Source: an uncultured Bacteroidales bacterium
GTDB taxonomy: Bacteria; Bacteroidota; Bacteroidia; Bacteroidales; ML635J-15
Reading direction: 5' to 3'
Length of the DNA stretch: 36,575 nucleotides
Assembly: GCA_905233405.1 (NCBI GenBank)
Contig: CAJOEG010000001.1
Location: 1 to 36,575, forward strand
Below, in pieces: positions 1 to 8,953 of the stretch. Positions within the stretch are counted from its first letter, which is position 1. Each line of letters opens with the position of its first letter. Under the pieces are notes generated by a model. The model was not told the DNA's origin, made no database searches, and saw only the letters and a list, made by a program, of their open reading frames with translations. The position numbers were made by a program, and so were the translations under genes.

Positions 1-1587
1 AACTGCAATGTTATGTATGCCGTCGTAGCTGAAAGGCGAATCGAAGAAGAAGCGTGTCCATCCGTTCTTGACGATTGCAACAGACGAACCGCCAGTATAT
101 ACCTTATCGGCTGCGGTAACAGGAATCCAGTCTGTGCCACTGCTGAAAGACGACTTGTTTGTATATACCATATAAATGTCAACATCGCGTTTCCTTGCTG
201 TTCCGCCGTTATAGAACGATATGCCCCTTATCAACACCCTGTCTCCATCACCTATCTCATCTGCAGTATATATCTGCTGGGTAAGCGAATATGCATAATA
301 TGAATATGTCGGCAAATAAGAACTTGTTGAAGTGGAAGCTGTTGTAATATCAATCTGGTCATCGCACAAAGTTCCGAAAGTATATACTTCGCTTTCTGCA
401 CTCTGGTCATTTACCGTACAATTGGCCACGATCTTTACCTCGTAGTTTGTTCCGCCCAAAAGACCTGTAAGCGTATATGGATTAGCGCTTATACTATTTT
501 CAGTATTCCAAGTATCGGCATCGGCAACCCTATACATAAAGTCCCAGCTTGTTTCTCCGTTATTTGCACTCCACGTTATTACAGCCGATGAAGCTGTTAC
601 GCTAGATGCTGCAATACGCGTAGGTCGCAGACAAGATGGACATTCCACAGTATAGGTCTGTGTTGTCAGAGAACCAGAACCCACAAATATTGTCGTGCCT
701 TCGGCATCGAACACTTCGTATGAGCACTGACTGTCGTACGAACCGCTTACCCATACGAAATTCAAATCCCTGTCTTTGCAAACGGGAAGAACACCAGTAA
801 CCAAACCTTCTCCTGTCCCTATAGTCAAAGTAGCAAGAACGATATCCGTCTCATCATCCACAACATTTATGGCCGCTCCATTCCATCCATCGTAATTGCT
901 ATCCTCCAACCTGTATGATATTTCGCACATATCCTCCATTTCGCACAAGCCAGTGGTAACAGTAATCATAACGGGATGGCTGTAGTCGGCGCCACCGCAG
1001 TAAGCACGAACATAGATGTCATACTCGGTATTGGGCGATGCGTTAGGTATAGTAACAGGTACGTTGGTTCTGCTATTTGTACTCTGCGGATTGCTCCAAG
1101 TCGGGTCGTTGCCGTGTGCCACACATTCATACTGCCAGTTGTCTGCATCGCTCTCCCACGACAGTACCGCAACGCTGGCAGAAACCATTCCGACAGTAAG
1201 ATTTGTAGGTCTATGGCAGGCTTCATCGGTAGTGAAAGTCGTAATTTTGCTAGGTTTGCTGTCTTCATCCACGCACACTCCCTGCACCCTTACCAAATAT
1301 GCAGTCTCCGGTGTAAGACCGCCTAGCGTATATGGGTTATCCGTTACATCGGTGTATTCTGTCCAGGTGGAACTGAATATTGCGATGTCATCAATATAGA
1401 AGCAGTCTTCGTTGCTGTCAACAGAGCCATCCTTTTGGTAAGACCAACGCAATGTGTGGGAACCTACAGCAATATCATACGAATAGTCCTTCCACGCACC
1501 TGCACCCGAAATTCCATTAAGGCCATCCTGTTCATTACCGTCAATGTAGAAATAAGCCTTGTCCCAACGTTGATAGTAACCGGCGAG
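1..1587 (-). CDS. Distal fragment of a giant FN3-repeat cell-surface protein. The frame is open to the window edge and there is no start codon of its own.
   Basis: The minus frame with codons at 1-3, 4-6 and so on is open from 1587 to position 1. It translates to ...WDKAYFYIDGNEQDGLNGISGAGAW..., then FN3-like repeats (CHRPTNLTVGMVSASVAVLSWESDADNWQY), then a Cys-bracketed module (CEMEDMCEISYRLEDSNYDGWNGAAINVVDDETD...). This matches modules in the intact paralog at 17552-23692. The fragment is not in the ORF track because it has no stop inside the window. Confidence 0.75.
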
Positions 1588-4500
1588 TTATAATTTACTG
1601 CAAGTTCAATATAAGATATACCAGAAGACTCTCCTTCACAAGTACTTTTTGCGACAAAACTGCCGTCCTTTTCCACAATTTCAAACGGATAGGTAGCATC
1701 GTTTGTGAAAGAGGCCTGACTAAGGTCGCCAGTCTCAAAATTAGCATTTAGCAACGATTCATTTACCATTACCACATAACTGTCGCCATATCCATCCCAA
1801 GCCACACTTGCATCGCGTGCGTTAATGTCAGTTACTGTAACATTTCTCGGTGTAGGACAACTTTCCAGTTCAAATTGCAGAATGTCGCTTGGATCGCTCT
1901 CAATGCCATTGCCGCAATCATACTTAACCATTGCTAAATATGTTACACCAAGGCTAAGACCATCAATATCGTATGAATTCCCACTAACAGAGTTTTCTGT
2001 CCAATTGTCCGAAAACATAATAATATCGTCAACATAGAAGCAGTCATCTCCACCATCCACAGAACCATCCTTAGTATAATACCACAGCAATGTATGGCTA
2101 CCTGCTGTGAGTGTATAAGTATAGATTATCCATTCTCCATCTCCCGAAATTCCATCAAGGTCTGTCTGAACATTATTATCAATGGAGAAATAAGCCTTGT
2201 CCCAACCCGATTCAGAAGAAACTTTAGCCCTGAAACTGATAGTGATTGTACTGGTAGAGTTTACGGAAAGTTCCAAACTTGATGTTTGGCTACCTTGTCC
2301 ACCATTACCACTCTTTACCACAAAATTGTCATCAATCTGCACAACGGTAAACGGATAGGTAGCATCGTTTGTGAAAGAGGCCTGACTAAGGTCGCCAGTC
2401 TCAAAATTAATATTTTCTATCGCTTCGTTTAACATTACCACGTAGTCTTCGCCAGAGCCAGTCCATATAAGAGTAGTTCCTGTAGGAGTCATATTTGTAG
2501 CTTCGAGGTCAGTGGGTACAGGACACGGAGCTGTCGTAAAGTTGATAATTTCCGACCAGCCGCTTTCGCCGTCAATGCCACCGCATACAGCCTTTACGCG
2601 TACATAGTAGGTGGTTTCTACAGCAAGACCATTGATTGTGACTCGAGTATTGTCGGGAACATTAATCGAAGTAGCCCCCGAAAGGTCGCTGTTGAGGCTG
2701 TACTGGACAACCCAGTTTTCGGCACTGCCGTTTTCTGTCCACACTATACGGGCCGACTTTTCGGTTATGCTCTGCGATGGTGCCGCGACATCCGATGGTG
2801 TAGGACAAGCAACAGGAGTGGTGAAATTCACTGCCACCGTAGCGTCGCTGTTGCCGTTGCTGCAGTTGGCTCGTATCTGAACACTATAGTCGTAGGACGG
2901 TGTAAGATTGCCTATGCTGGCCGTCATATCCGTTGTACCAGTTACATCAGTAAGAGCAGTCCACGCACCGCTGTTAAGCCTGTATTCCCAACCTGTTTCG
3001 TCACCAGCGACTGCTGTCCACTGTAGGACTGCTGTTCTTGCGGTTATGTTCGATACCGTAAGTCCAGTAGGTACAGGACATGAGGTAGTAAAGTTTGACG
3101 TTGCCGTAGCATTGCTGTCGCCATTGCTACAATTGGCCCTTATCTTAATAGTATATGAAGTAGAAGAAGAAAGACCCGTTATGGTTGCGGTCTTGGTTGT
3201 TGTACCTGTTACACCTGTAATTTCTGTCCACGTACCATTATTGAGACTATATTCCCAACCTGCTTCGTCGCTTGCAGTCCACGAAAGGTCAACAGAGTTA
3301 TGCGTAATGTTCGACACCGTAAAGTTGCCCGGAACGGGACATATTGTCGTGAATGTCACAGCTTCGCTTGCATTACTTTCGCAGTTGGCACATACGGCAC
3401 GAACCTTAATGCTGTATTCAGTTGTTGAAGTAAGTCCGCTTATGGTTGCGGTCTTGGTAGTTGTACCTGTTACGCCCGCAATAGAATACCAGTTTGCCCC
3501 ATTGTCGTCTGTGTATTCCCAACTGGTTTCGCTGCCGCCAGGAGTCCACGAGATGTCGGCAGAATTACCGCCTATGTTAGAAGCGGTGGTAACGATGGTA
3601 GGCACAGGACACAGTGTTGTGAAGTTTGTACTGACGGCATCGCTGTTTATGCAGTCGCAGCACTTTGCCTTCACCCACACATAGTAGGTTGTTCCGTTGG
3701 CAAGTCCTGAAAGCGAATGCGATGCAGTGCCGCTAATCGTTTCTGAAGTAGCAGTTGATATGTCGTTTGTTGTACTGTAACTCAGAATCCAGTCGGTGAT
3801 GCCGCCGCTCTGCGACCAAGTAAGAGTTGCTGAATTTTTTGTTACATTGCTTGAAGCAAGGCTTGTAGGAGCCGTACAAGTGCTGGTTATCTTGAAATTG
3901 TCAACGGCGGCAGGATTGTCTCCACTTGATGTATCATCTCTCCAAGCAAATACCACATAGTAGGTTCCTGCAGTTTCTGCGGTAAATGTATAACTATAGC
4001 CATTACCGCTATTGGCTGTTTGCCAATCAGAAGCCAGATTCAGTTTACTGCCACCATCTATGGCAATCCAGCCAGCTGGCAATGCACTTGTGCCAAATCC
4101 TGATGGGACAGATGTCGCTGCAGCAAGCATAACATTTACAGGCACTAGTGCAACCCTCAAATAGTCGTATGTACTTTCTCCATTACATTTCCAGTCGTAT
4201 GTGAAAGTATATTGCTTGGCTTCGAAAGTAAAGGGCTTGATTGCATATACCATAGCAGCCGAGTTGTTTGTATATGCATACGTAGTGCCATCATTAGTTA
4301 TGTATAGGGATTTAGAACCTCCATTGTTAATGCCGGTGCCTATCATCCAATGGTTTGTAAGTTGAGAGCCATTTACTTCATCCACAAATTCCCACGTGGT
4401 GCTTTGAGCCTCAAAGTCGTCGCACCAGCAACTTACAACAGCGACAGAAGGCTGATTAAGCGTTTTAAATGTATATGTACTGCTCCAGTCGCTTGTTCCG

Positions 4501-4754
4501 TCGGTGCCGCCGCACTCTGCCCTGACACGAGCATAATAGGTCTGTCCAGCACTCAGGCCAGATGAAATCTCCTTTGAAGGTGTGCCGTTGCTAATAGTAT
4601 ATTCGGTGTATGTTCCCGATGTGAAATCGGCGCTAGTCCCGCACTGCAATTTCCAATTGGTGGCAGAGCCGCTTTCCGTCCAGCCGAGAGTGGCGGAAAC
4701 ATTGGAAACAGCGGTGGTATGAAGGAATTGTGGCGTGAGACAGGATGGTAGCAA
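1464..4754 (-). CDS. Central fragment of the same giant surface protein: about 9 FN3-like repeats plus two copies of a roughly 220-aa lectin-like module.
   Basis: This is the 1096-aa ORF in the track. It has repeated CP(V/T)PxxLxxxxxxxxSAxxxW...W(E/Q)Y...Y.(V/I)(K/R)(V/I)RAxC units. The frame is actually open upstream to 4802, so the listed Met is probably not a real start. The last ~35 codons (TRLISTLTVMNRMALMEF...) are out-of-frame read-through after a 28-nt deletion. Confidence 0.8.
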   Translation of the reverse strand: MLPSCLTPQFLHTTAVSNVSATLGWTESGSATNWKLQCGTSADFTSGTYTEYTISNGTPSKEISSGLSAGQTYYARVRAECGGTDGTSDWSSTYTFKTLNQPSVAVVSCWCDDFEAQSTTWEFVDEVNGSQLTNHWMIGTGINNGGSKSLYITNDGTTYAYTNNSAAMVYAIKPFTFEAKQYTFTYDWKCNGESTYDYLRVALVPVNVMLAAATSVPSGFGTSALPAGWIAIDGGSKLNLASDWQTANSGNGYSYTFTAETAGTYYVVFAWRDDTSSGDNPAAVDNFKITSTCTAPTSLASSNVTKNSATLTWSQSGGITDWILSYSTTNDISTATSETISGTASHSLSGLANGTTYYVWVKAKCCDCINSDAVSTNFTTLCPVPTIVTTASNIGGNSADISWTPGGSETSWEYTDDNGANWYSIAGVTGTTTKTATISGLTSTTEYSIKVRAVCANCESNASEAVTFTTICPVPGNFTVSNITHNSVDLSWTASDEAGWEYSLNNGTWTEITGVTGTTTKTATITGLSSSTSYTIKIRANCSNGDSNATATSNFTTSCPVPTGLTVSNITARTAVLQWTAVAGDETGWEYRLNSGAWTALTDVTGTTDMTASIGNLTPSYDYSVQIRANCSNGNSDATVAVNFTTPVACPTPSDVAAPSQSITEKSARIVWTENGSAENWVVQYSLNSDLSGATSINVPDNTRVTINGLAVETTYYVRVKAVCGGIDGESGWSEIINFTTAPCPVPTDLEATNMTPTGTTLIWTGSGEDYVVMLNEAIENINFETGDLSQASFTNDATYPFTVVQIDDNFVVKSGNGGQGSQTSSLELSVNSTSTITISFRAKVSSESGWDKAYFSIDNNVQTDLDGISGDGEWIIYTYTLTAGSHTLLWYYTKDGSVDGGDDCFYVDDIIMFSDNWTENSVSGNSYDIDGLSLGVTYLAMVKYDCGNGIESDPSDILQFELESCPTPRNVTVTDINARDASVAWDGYGDSYVVMVNESLLNANFETGDLSQASFTNDATYPFEIVEKDGSFVAKSTCEGESSGISYIELAVNYNSPVTINVGTRLISTLTVMNRMALMEFRVQVRGRTIRMILL

Positions 4755-4795
4755 ATCAACAACAATATCATCAATATATACAGAAGGATAACTAC

Positions 4796-7096
4796 TTATG
4801 ACTTATACATACGGAAAGCAATACTTTCGGCATCGTTTGGTGCTCCATTCAGATAAACAGTAAACTCCTGATATGTTGTTGTAAGAGAAGATGCCAGATT
4901 ATTACTCAAAGGTGTAAACAAACCATTCCTTATATAACCCACATAAAACTCATCTGGAAGTGTACCATATTTTGCTTGGAATTCAATCTGCAAAGTATTG
5001 ATGTCGTCCATAGGTGGCAAGGCTATTATACTCTGTGAATTAGTACTAGTATATGTGTACATATACAAACAATTGCTACCACTATGCGCCCCAGAACCGT
5101 ACACATACGGATACGAAGAATAATACTCAATACGAGTCCAGCAATACGGGACTATGGAAGTAGGCATTTCGTCAAAATCTTCTCTATAAGGAATGGGTTG
5201 GTCGGTAGCACATTCGGTACGGAAAGAGTCCTCTATCGTCCCGCTCTGGTCTTCGGCACCACAATATGTACGCACCTTGACCGTGTATGGTGTATTTGGA
5301 GAGAGGGAAAGTGTTGCGGATGTGGTATTGACTGTAGTCCAGTTGGCGCCATCATCTATTGTGTATTGCCACTGTGTTGCGCTCCCCGTATAAGTCCACG
5401 AAATATCCGCTGAATTTTCGGTAATGTTGCTAATTATAAGGTTGGAAGGCATACGGCAGGACAACTTGGTTATGCTGAAATTGTCAATGGCGGCAGGAGG
5501 ATTCGTACCACTACTTCCATCGTTTGCCCACATAAATACCATATAGTAGGTACCAGCAGGCACTGGTATGGTCAGGCTTTTGCTTTGCCAAGTAGTAACA
5601 AGATTCAATTTTGAGCCAGTTTCCCCGTCGTTATCCAACGGAATCCATCCAGAGGGAGTTGCGGTTGTATAACCATTTGTACTAGTTGTACCATCGGGAA
5701 GATTTCCAGCAGTAAATGTTGCCGAACCAGCAGGTGCCAACCACGCACGAATATAGTCATAATTGCCTTCTCCATAGGCTTGCCAGTCGTACTCGAAAAT
5801 ATAATCGCTATCGCCGAAATTAAAGAGCTTGGTGGCATATACAATATTTACAGCATTATTAGTATATTCATTTGGAGGAGGAGTTCCACTAGTATTATTA
5901 GTAATATAAAGTGATTTTGACCCACCATTATTTACACCAGTACCTACAACCCAGGCGTTGTTACCGCCATTTACATAGGCCCAGTTGACTGTTCCTTCGA
6001 AGTCGTCACTCCAACCGTTGCCTACATCTTGCGGATCGGTACTGAGAGTTTTGAAAGAAGAAATTGCACTCCATTGGCTATCACCATCGCCACCACCGCA
6101 GTTGGCCTGCACCTGAACATAATAGGTAGTGTTTGCTGTTAAGCCTGTAAGGTTTTTTGTCGGGTCGCCACTTGCTGTAGCTGTCGAGTATGTACTAAGT
6201 GTGCTACTTGTGCCATAGTGTATTGTCCAGTTTGAAGCATCGCTCTCCCACTCGATTGTTGCACTAGTTTTAGAAAGAGTGGTTGCATGAACGTTTCTAG
6301 GTTTTGGACATGATATGACTGGTGGTGCAAAACGATAATAACGATTAGCCCCGAACCACGTACTTGCAGCATTGGTTGTCGTACTTCCAGCTGTAAAATG
6401 AGTTGCGGTATTATTTGATGAAGAGATAATCCATCCGTCTGAACTATTCACACAAAGTCCACACTGATGAGCAACAGCAGGTGCTGTAGAAGGAATTCCA
6501 CCACTATCAGGGAAAACAATCTCTATAACGCCAGTGGAATAAAGATGAATCTGCCATTTATATTCATAACTTCGTGTAGTAGAAGTATATGTTCCCAAAC
6601 AAAATTCCACAACCAATTTAGTACTTTCGACAAGTTTACTTTTTACATAGTGATTAGCAGTGTAACTATAACCATCGCATCCGAAAGCATTAATCTTTGG
6701 ATTATTGGAATTTGAGTAAGATGAACTAAATGGTGTAGTGTAATAACTCGTACTCGTAACTGTATTTCCAAGCCTCAAGTTTCCGTCGGTATTAACGGAA
6801 AAATTTTCATACGTTTCTTCTCCAAACGGAAAAGTAAAACCTATACGTTTTACTTCTGAAGCTTTACTATCTCCAGCAGATCCAGCAATCAAAGGTGTCG
6901 CACCTGTTGTAATATCTACCCACTTGCTTGCATCTGTACCCGTCGAAAAAGTGTATTCGACTAAAGTCTGTCCCCACGCCGTAGCGCTAAAGAATAAGCA
7001 AAAGACAATTAACAATGTACAATTAGCTACGCTGAGCTGAAGGTTGATAATGGATAATTGCTTTACAATCTTGGATTGCATAAAATTTCTTTTCAT
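4796..7096 (-). CDS. N-terminal fragment of the giant surface protein: signal peptide, FN3 repeats and adhesin-like (cleaved-adhesin / choice-of-anchor-J-like) modules.
   Basis: This is the 778-aa ORF (track start 7132). The likely start is the ATG at 7096 (MKRNFMQSKIVKQLSIINLQLSVANCTLLIVFCLFFSATAWGQ, a signal peptide). It ends ...ESIAFRMYKS*, exactly where the intact paralog continues without interruption. Confidence 0.85.
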   Translation of the reverse strand: MKRNFMQSKIVKQLSIINLQLSVANCTLLIVFCLFFSATAWGQTLVEYTFSTGTDASKWVDITTGATPLIAGSAGDSKASEVKRIGFTFPFGEETYENFSVNTDGNLRLGNTVTSTSYYTTPFSSSYSNSNNPKINAFGCDGYSYTANHYVKSKLVESTKLVVEFCLGTYTSTTRSYEYKWQIHLYSTGVIEIVFPDSGGIPSTAPAVAHQCGLCVNSSDGWIISSSNNTATHFTAGSTTTNAASTWFGANRYYRFAPPVISCPKPRNVHATTLSKTSATIEWESDASNWTIHYGTSSTLSTYSTATASGDPTKNLTGLTANTTYYVQVQANCGGGDGDSQWSAISSFKTLSTDPQDVGNGWSDDFEGTVNWAYVNGGNNAWVVGTGVNNGGSKSLYITNNTSGTPPPNEYTNNAVNIVYATKLFNFGDSDYIFEYDWQAYGEGNYDYIRAWLAPAGSATFTAGNLPDGTTSTNGYTTATPSGWIPLDNDGETGSKLNLVTTWQSKSLTIPVPAGTYYMVFMWANDGSSGTNPPAAIDNFSITKLSCRMPSNLIISNITENSADISWTYTGSATQWQYTIDDGANWTTVNTTSATLSLSPNTPYTVKVRTYCGAEDQSGTIEDSFRTECATDQPIPYREDFDEMPTSIVPYCWTRIEYYSSYPYVYGSGAHSGSNCLYMYTYTSTNSQSIIALPPMDDINTLQIEFQAKYGTLPDEFYVGYIRNGLFTPLSNNLASSLTTTYQEFTVYLNGAPNDAESIAFRMYKS

Positions 7097-7135
7097 ATCA
7101 CTTGTGTTTTTATGTTCGTAAAAAATGTTCATATA

Positions 7136-7278
7136 ATGTTTCTTGTTTAAGGTTCAATGTTTAAGGTTCAATGTTTAAAGTTTCACGTTTCTAAGTTTCT
7201 ATGGCTAAAGCCGTTTCTGAGTTTCTAAGTTTAAGGTTCAATGTTTAAGGTTCAATGTTTAAGGTTCAATGTTTAAGG
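7136..7278. repeat. Intergenic periodic array A: the 14-nt unit GTTTAAGGTTCAAT (7-nt subperiod GTTYAAK) about 5 times, plus degenerate units and one GGCTAAAGCC-GTTT unit.
   Basis: Exact units lie at 7145-7158, 7159-7172, 7229-7242, 7243-7256 and 7257-7270. The middle part is degenerate and contains ggctaaagccgttt (7203-7216). Confidence 0.9.
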
Positions 7279-7283
7279 ATAAT

Positions 7284-7580
7284 TTATAATGGTCGAGCAA
7301 TAGTTAAACCTAAAACATTAAGTATATTGAGGAAGAGACCTGCACTTGGCTCTACGCTTCCTGTCTCAATGCGTGATATATATGATTTTTTTGCTCCTAC
7401 TTTCTCGGCAAGTTCCTGCTGGGTCAAGCCTTCGCTCTTGCGAGCATCGTGAATGATAGACCCTACGCAATAAGCGTACGCCTCCCTGCGGAATTCCTCG
7501 CGTTGCGGAGTCCACGGATTTCCGTACAACGAGTTTAACACTTCGTCAAAGTTACCTATGTTATTGCTGTTTTTCTGCAT
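7284..7580 (-). CDS. XRE-family helix-turn-helix protein, HigA-like antitoxin type, with no adjacent toxin gene.
   Basis: The HTH core is LTQQELAEKVGAKKSYISRIETGSVEPS. The track ORF begins at a TTG (7601), but that TTG lies inside a TAacTTTG -7 box. The ATG at 7580 (MQKNSNN...) is therefore the more likely start. Confidence 0.85.
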   Translation of the reverse strand: MQKNSNNIGNFDEVLNSLYGNPWTPQREEFRREAYAYCVGSIIHDARKSEGLTQQELAEKVGAKKSYISRIETGSVEPSAGLFLNILNVLGLTIARPL

Positions 7581-7598
7581 AAGTTTTTTTAGTGGGTG

Positions 7599-7606
7599 CA
7601 AAGTTA
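7599..7606 (-). promoter_or_regulatory. Candidate Bacteroidota -7 promoter box (TAACTTTG) for the XRE gene.
   Basis: Matches TAnnTTTG on the minus strand, 19 nt upstream of the ATG at 7580. Confidence 0.45.
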
Positions 7607-7644
7607 TAAAAATTTACATATATGAAAACTTCTTATGAATAATT

Positions 7645-7729
7645 AAAGTTTAATGTTCAAAGTTCAATGTTTAAAGTTTAAAGTTTCTGGTTTCTATGTT
7701 TCTTGTTCAATGTTTAATGTTCAATGTTG
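7645..7729. repeat. Intergenic periodic array B: degenerate GTTYAAK/GTTTCTNN 7-nt units.
   Basis: The sequence is aaagtttaatgttcaaagttcaatgtttaaagtttaaagtttctggtttctatgtttcttgttcaatgtttaatgttcaatgttgag. It uses the same vocabulary as array A. Confidence 0.85.
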
Positions 7730-7753
7730 AGACGCGCCATGGCACGACTGTAC

Positions 7754-8023
7754 TTATTTGTCGTTATAATGTTTATATGCGGTAAGGACAAAGACAATGA
7801 CCTCGTTGTCGTTGATTTCATACACCAGCCTATGCTTCTGCGTGATGTGGCGGCTCCATTGGTTTGGTCTTCCCTTCAACTGCTCGGGATGACCAGTACC
7901 AGTACGAGGATGCTCCATAAGTTCGGTCAATAACTTTTCCAACTTTTGAAAAACCTTAGCCTCGTTATGCTTCAGCCGCTGCATATCTTCCTTTGCCTTA
8001 TCGGTGTAATCCAACTTATACAT
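7754..8023 (-). CDS. yoeB: Txe/YoeB-family type II toxin (mRNA interferase).
   Basis: The 89-aa protein contains ...GHPEQLKGRPNQWSRHITQKHRLVYEINDNEVIVFVLTAYKHY. This matches the YoeB signature (FWSRRITEEHRLVY ... RYHY). Confidence 0.9.
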   Translation of the reverse strand: MYKLDYTDKAKEDMQRLKHNEAKVFQKLEKLLTELMEHPRTGTGHPEQLKGRPNQWSRHITQKHRLVYEINDNEVIVFVLTAYKHYNDK

Positions 8024-8028
8024 AATTG

Positions 8029-8277
8029 CTATAGACTATTCAAAAAGTTTTTCAGTTCTTCCTTGCTCTCAATGCGATGCACCTTGCCTTGACGGACCTG
8101 TTCTCGCGCTTCATCGACCCTAGCAAAAAACTCTTCCTTGCTAAGTTCGGTATCATCCGCCTGCTTCTCGGCAACAAGCTTGCGGAGGTATCTCGCTGCT
8201 CGCTTCAGCAAGTCCTCGTCCTCGGCTATGATGCTCATATTCCTAAGCAATTCCGCATTCATCTCTAGTGCTGTCAT
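8029..8277 (-). CDS. Putative cognate antitoxin of the YoeB-like toxin. It is helical and acidic and does not look Phd/YefM-like by eye.
   Basis: The 82-aa ORF ends 5 nt before the toxin start on the same strand. The call rests on position and size. Confidence 0.7.
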   Translation of the reverse strand: MTALEMNAELLRNMSIIAEDEDLLKRAARYLRKLVAEKQADDTELSKEEFFARVDEAREQVRQGKVHRIESKEELKNFLNSL

Positions 8278-8284
8278 AATTCTA

Positions 8285-8348
8285 AAAGTTCAAAGTTTAA
8301 TGTTCAATGTACAAAGTTTCTGTTTTTATTTGTTTTTATAGTTCAATT
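8285..8348. repeat. Intergenic periodic array C: short, degenerate GTTCAAAG/GTTTAAT units.
   Basis: The sequence is aaagttcaaagtttaatgttcaatgtacaaagtttctgtttttatttgtttttatagttcaat, lying between the YoeB pair and the PIN gene. Confidence 0.7.
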
Positions 8349-8354
8349 TTATAT

Positions 8355-8807
8355 TTATTTTACTCTCATTTTTATTAGTGAAAGTCCCATTTGATGACTT
8401 ATTTTTAGCATTCCTTTAAACTGACTGAAGTCGGAAATATTATTTGTAAGTATGGTATCGCATTTCAGTTTTTCGGCAATGGCAAAATGCACATTGTCCT
8501 CAATGTCTTCGTTGTTGGTGGCAAGCCCCTTCTCAACATCGACAGCTTCAAGCGATGCCATAGTAATCTTGGAGGTAAGCCTACCAAGTGCTGCGGCTAC
8601 TTCCTCGCGACTAAAAGCCTTGCGAGTCTTCTTTGCAGTCTGAAGATTGCATACAGTCTGCACGGCCGCCAATGTAGAAGTATACAGCACTTCCCTGCGG
8701 CGTTTCTTGAATATGTGGTTCAAAGCAGCCACATCGTCAGCCTGCCCCGTGCAGTAGTTAATCAGCACATTGGTATCAATATATATCCTCCTCGATATTG
8801 TTGCCAT
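8355..8807 (-). CDS. PIN-domain (VapC-like) toxin ribonuclease.
   Basis: The 150-aa protein has the N-terminal RIYIDTNVLINY motif (first acidic residue), an acidic cluster NNEDIEDNVHFAIAEK, and a C-terminal CDTILTNNISDF. This is the typical PIN layout. Confidence 0.85.
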   Translation of the reverse strand: MATISRRIYIDTNVLINYCTGQADDVAALNHIFKKRRREVLYTSTLAAVQTVCNLQTAKKTRKAFSREEVAAALGRLTSKITMASLEAVDVEKGLATNNEDIEDNVHFAIAEKLKCDTILTNNISDFSQFKGMLKISHQMGLSLIKMRVK

Positions 8808-8861
8808 CAGAACACAAGTTTATCGAACTGCTTTTTTTCAGCAGATGTTAGAATACTTATA

Positions 8862-8953
8862 TTTCCTCTAAAGAAAAATTATAATATATTGACTATCAAC
8901 GCCAAATTTTCTTTATTATACTGGCATAAAAATCAATAATTTTTATGTAAGTT
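8862..8953. repeat. Copy 1 of a 92-bp perfect direct repeat (its partner is at 17390-17481).
   Basis: The sequence tttcctctaaagaaaaattataatatattgactatcaacgccaaattttctttattatactggcataaaaatcaataatttttatgtaagtt is identical 92/92 by manual comparison. Confidence 0.95.

Noticed and set aside
2908-3684. A 258-aa plus-strand ORF, together with many other antisense ORFs in the track (for example 976-1326, 1016-1399, 10071-10487, 11676-12326, 12439-13020, 13090-13683, 28586-29053, 32249-32716).
   Set aside because: All of them lie antisense to, or out of frame within, genes that have strong motif support. Their translations are low-complexity (V/L/S-rich) shadow products of repetitive or GC3-biased coding sequence, with no recognisable motifs.
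4796-4805. Programmed -1 ribosomal frameshift joining ORF 4796-7132 to ORF 1464-4754.
   Set aside because: The only region where the two frames can be joined (minus strand TAT AAG TCA TAA GTA) has no X XXY YYZ slippery heptamer and no obvious downstream stimulatory structure. A second, clearly mutational 28-nt deletion lies in the same gene, which makes decay or sequencing error more likely.
8890-8925. A sigma70-like TTGACT-N17-TTTATT (or TATTAT) pair inside the 92-bp repeat, considered as a functional promoter.
   Set aside because: Bacteroidota primary sigma factors recognise TTTG/TAnnTTTG rather than TTGACA/TATAAT, and there is no TAnnTTTG box in the repeat. I recorded it as a property of the element and did not call it a promoter.
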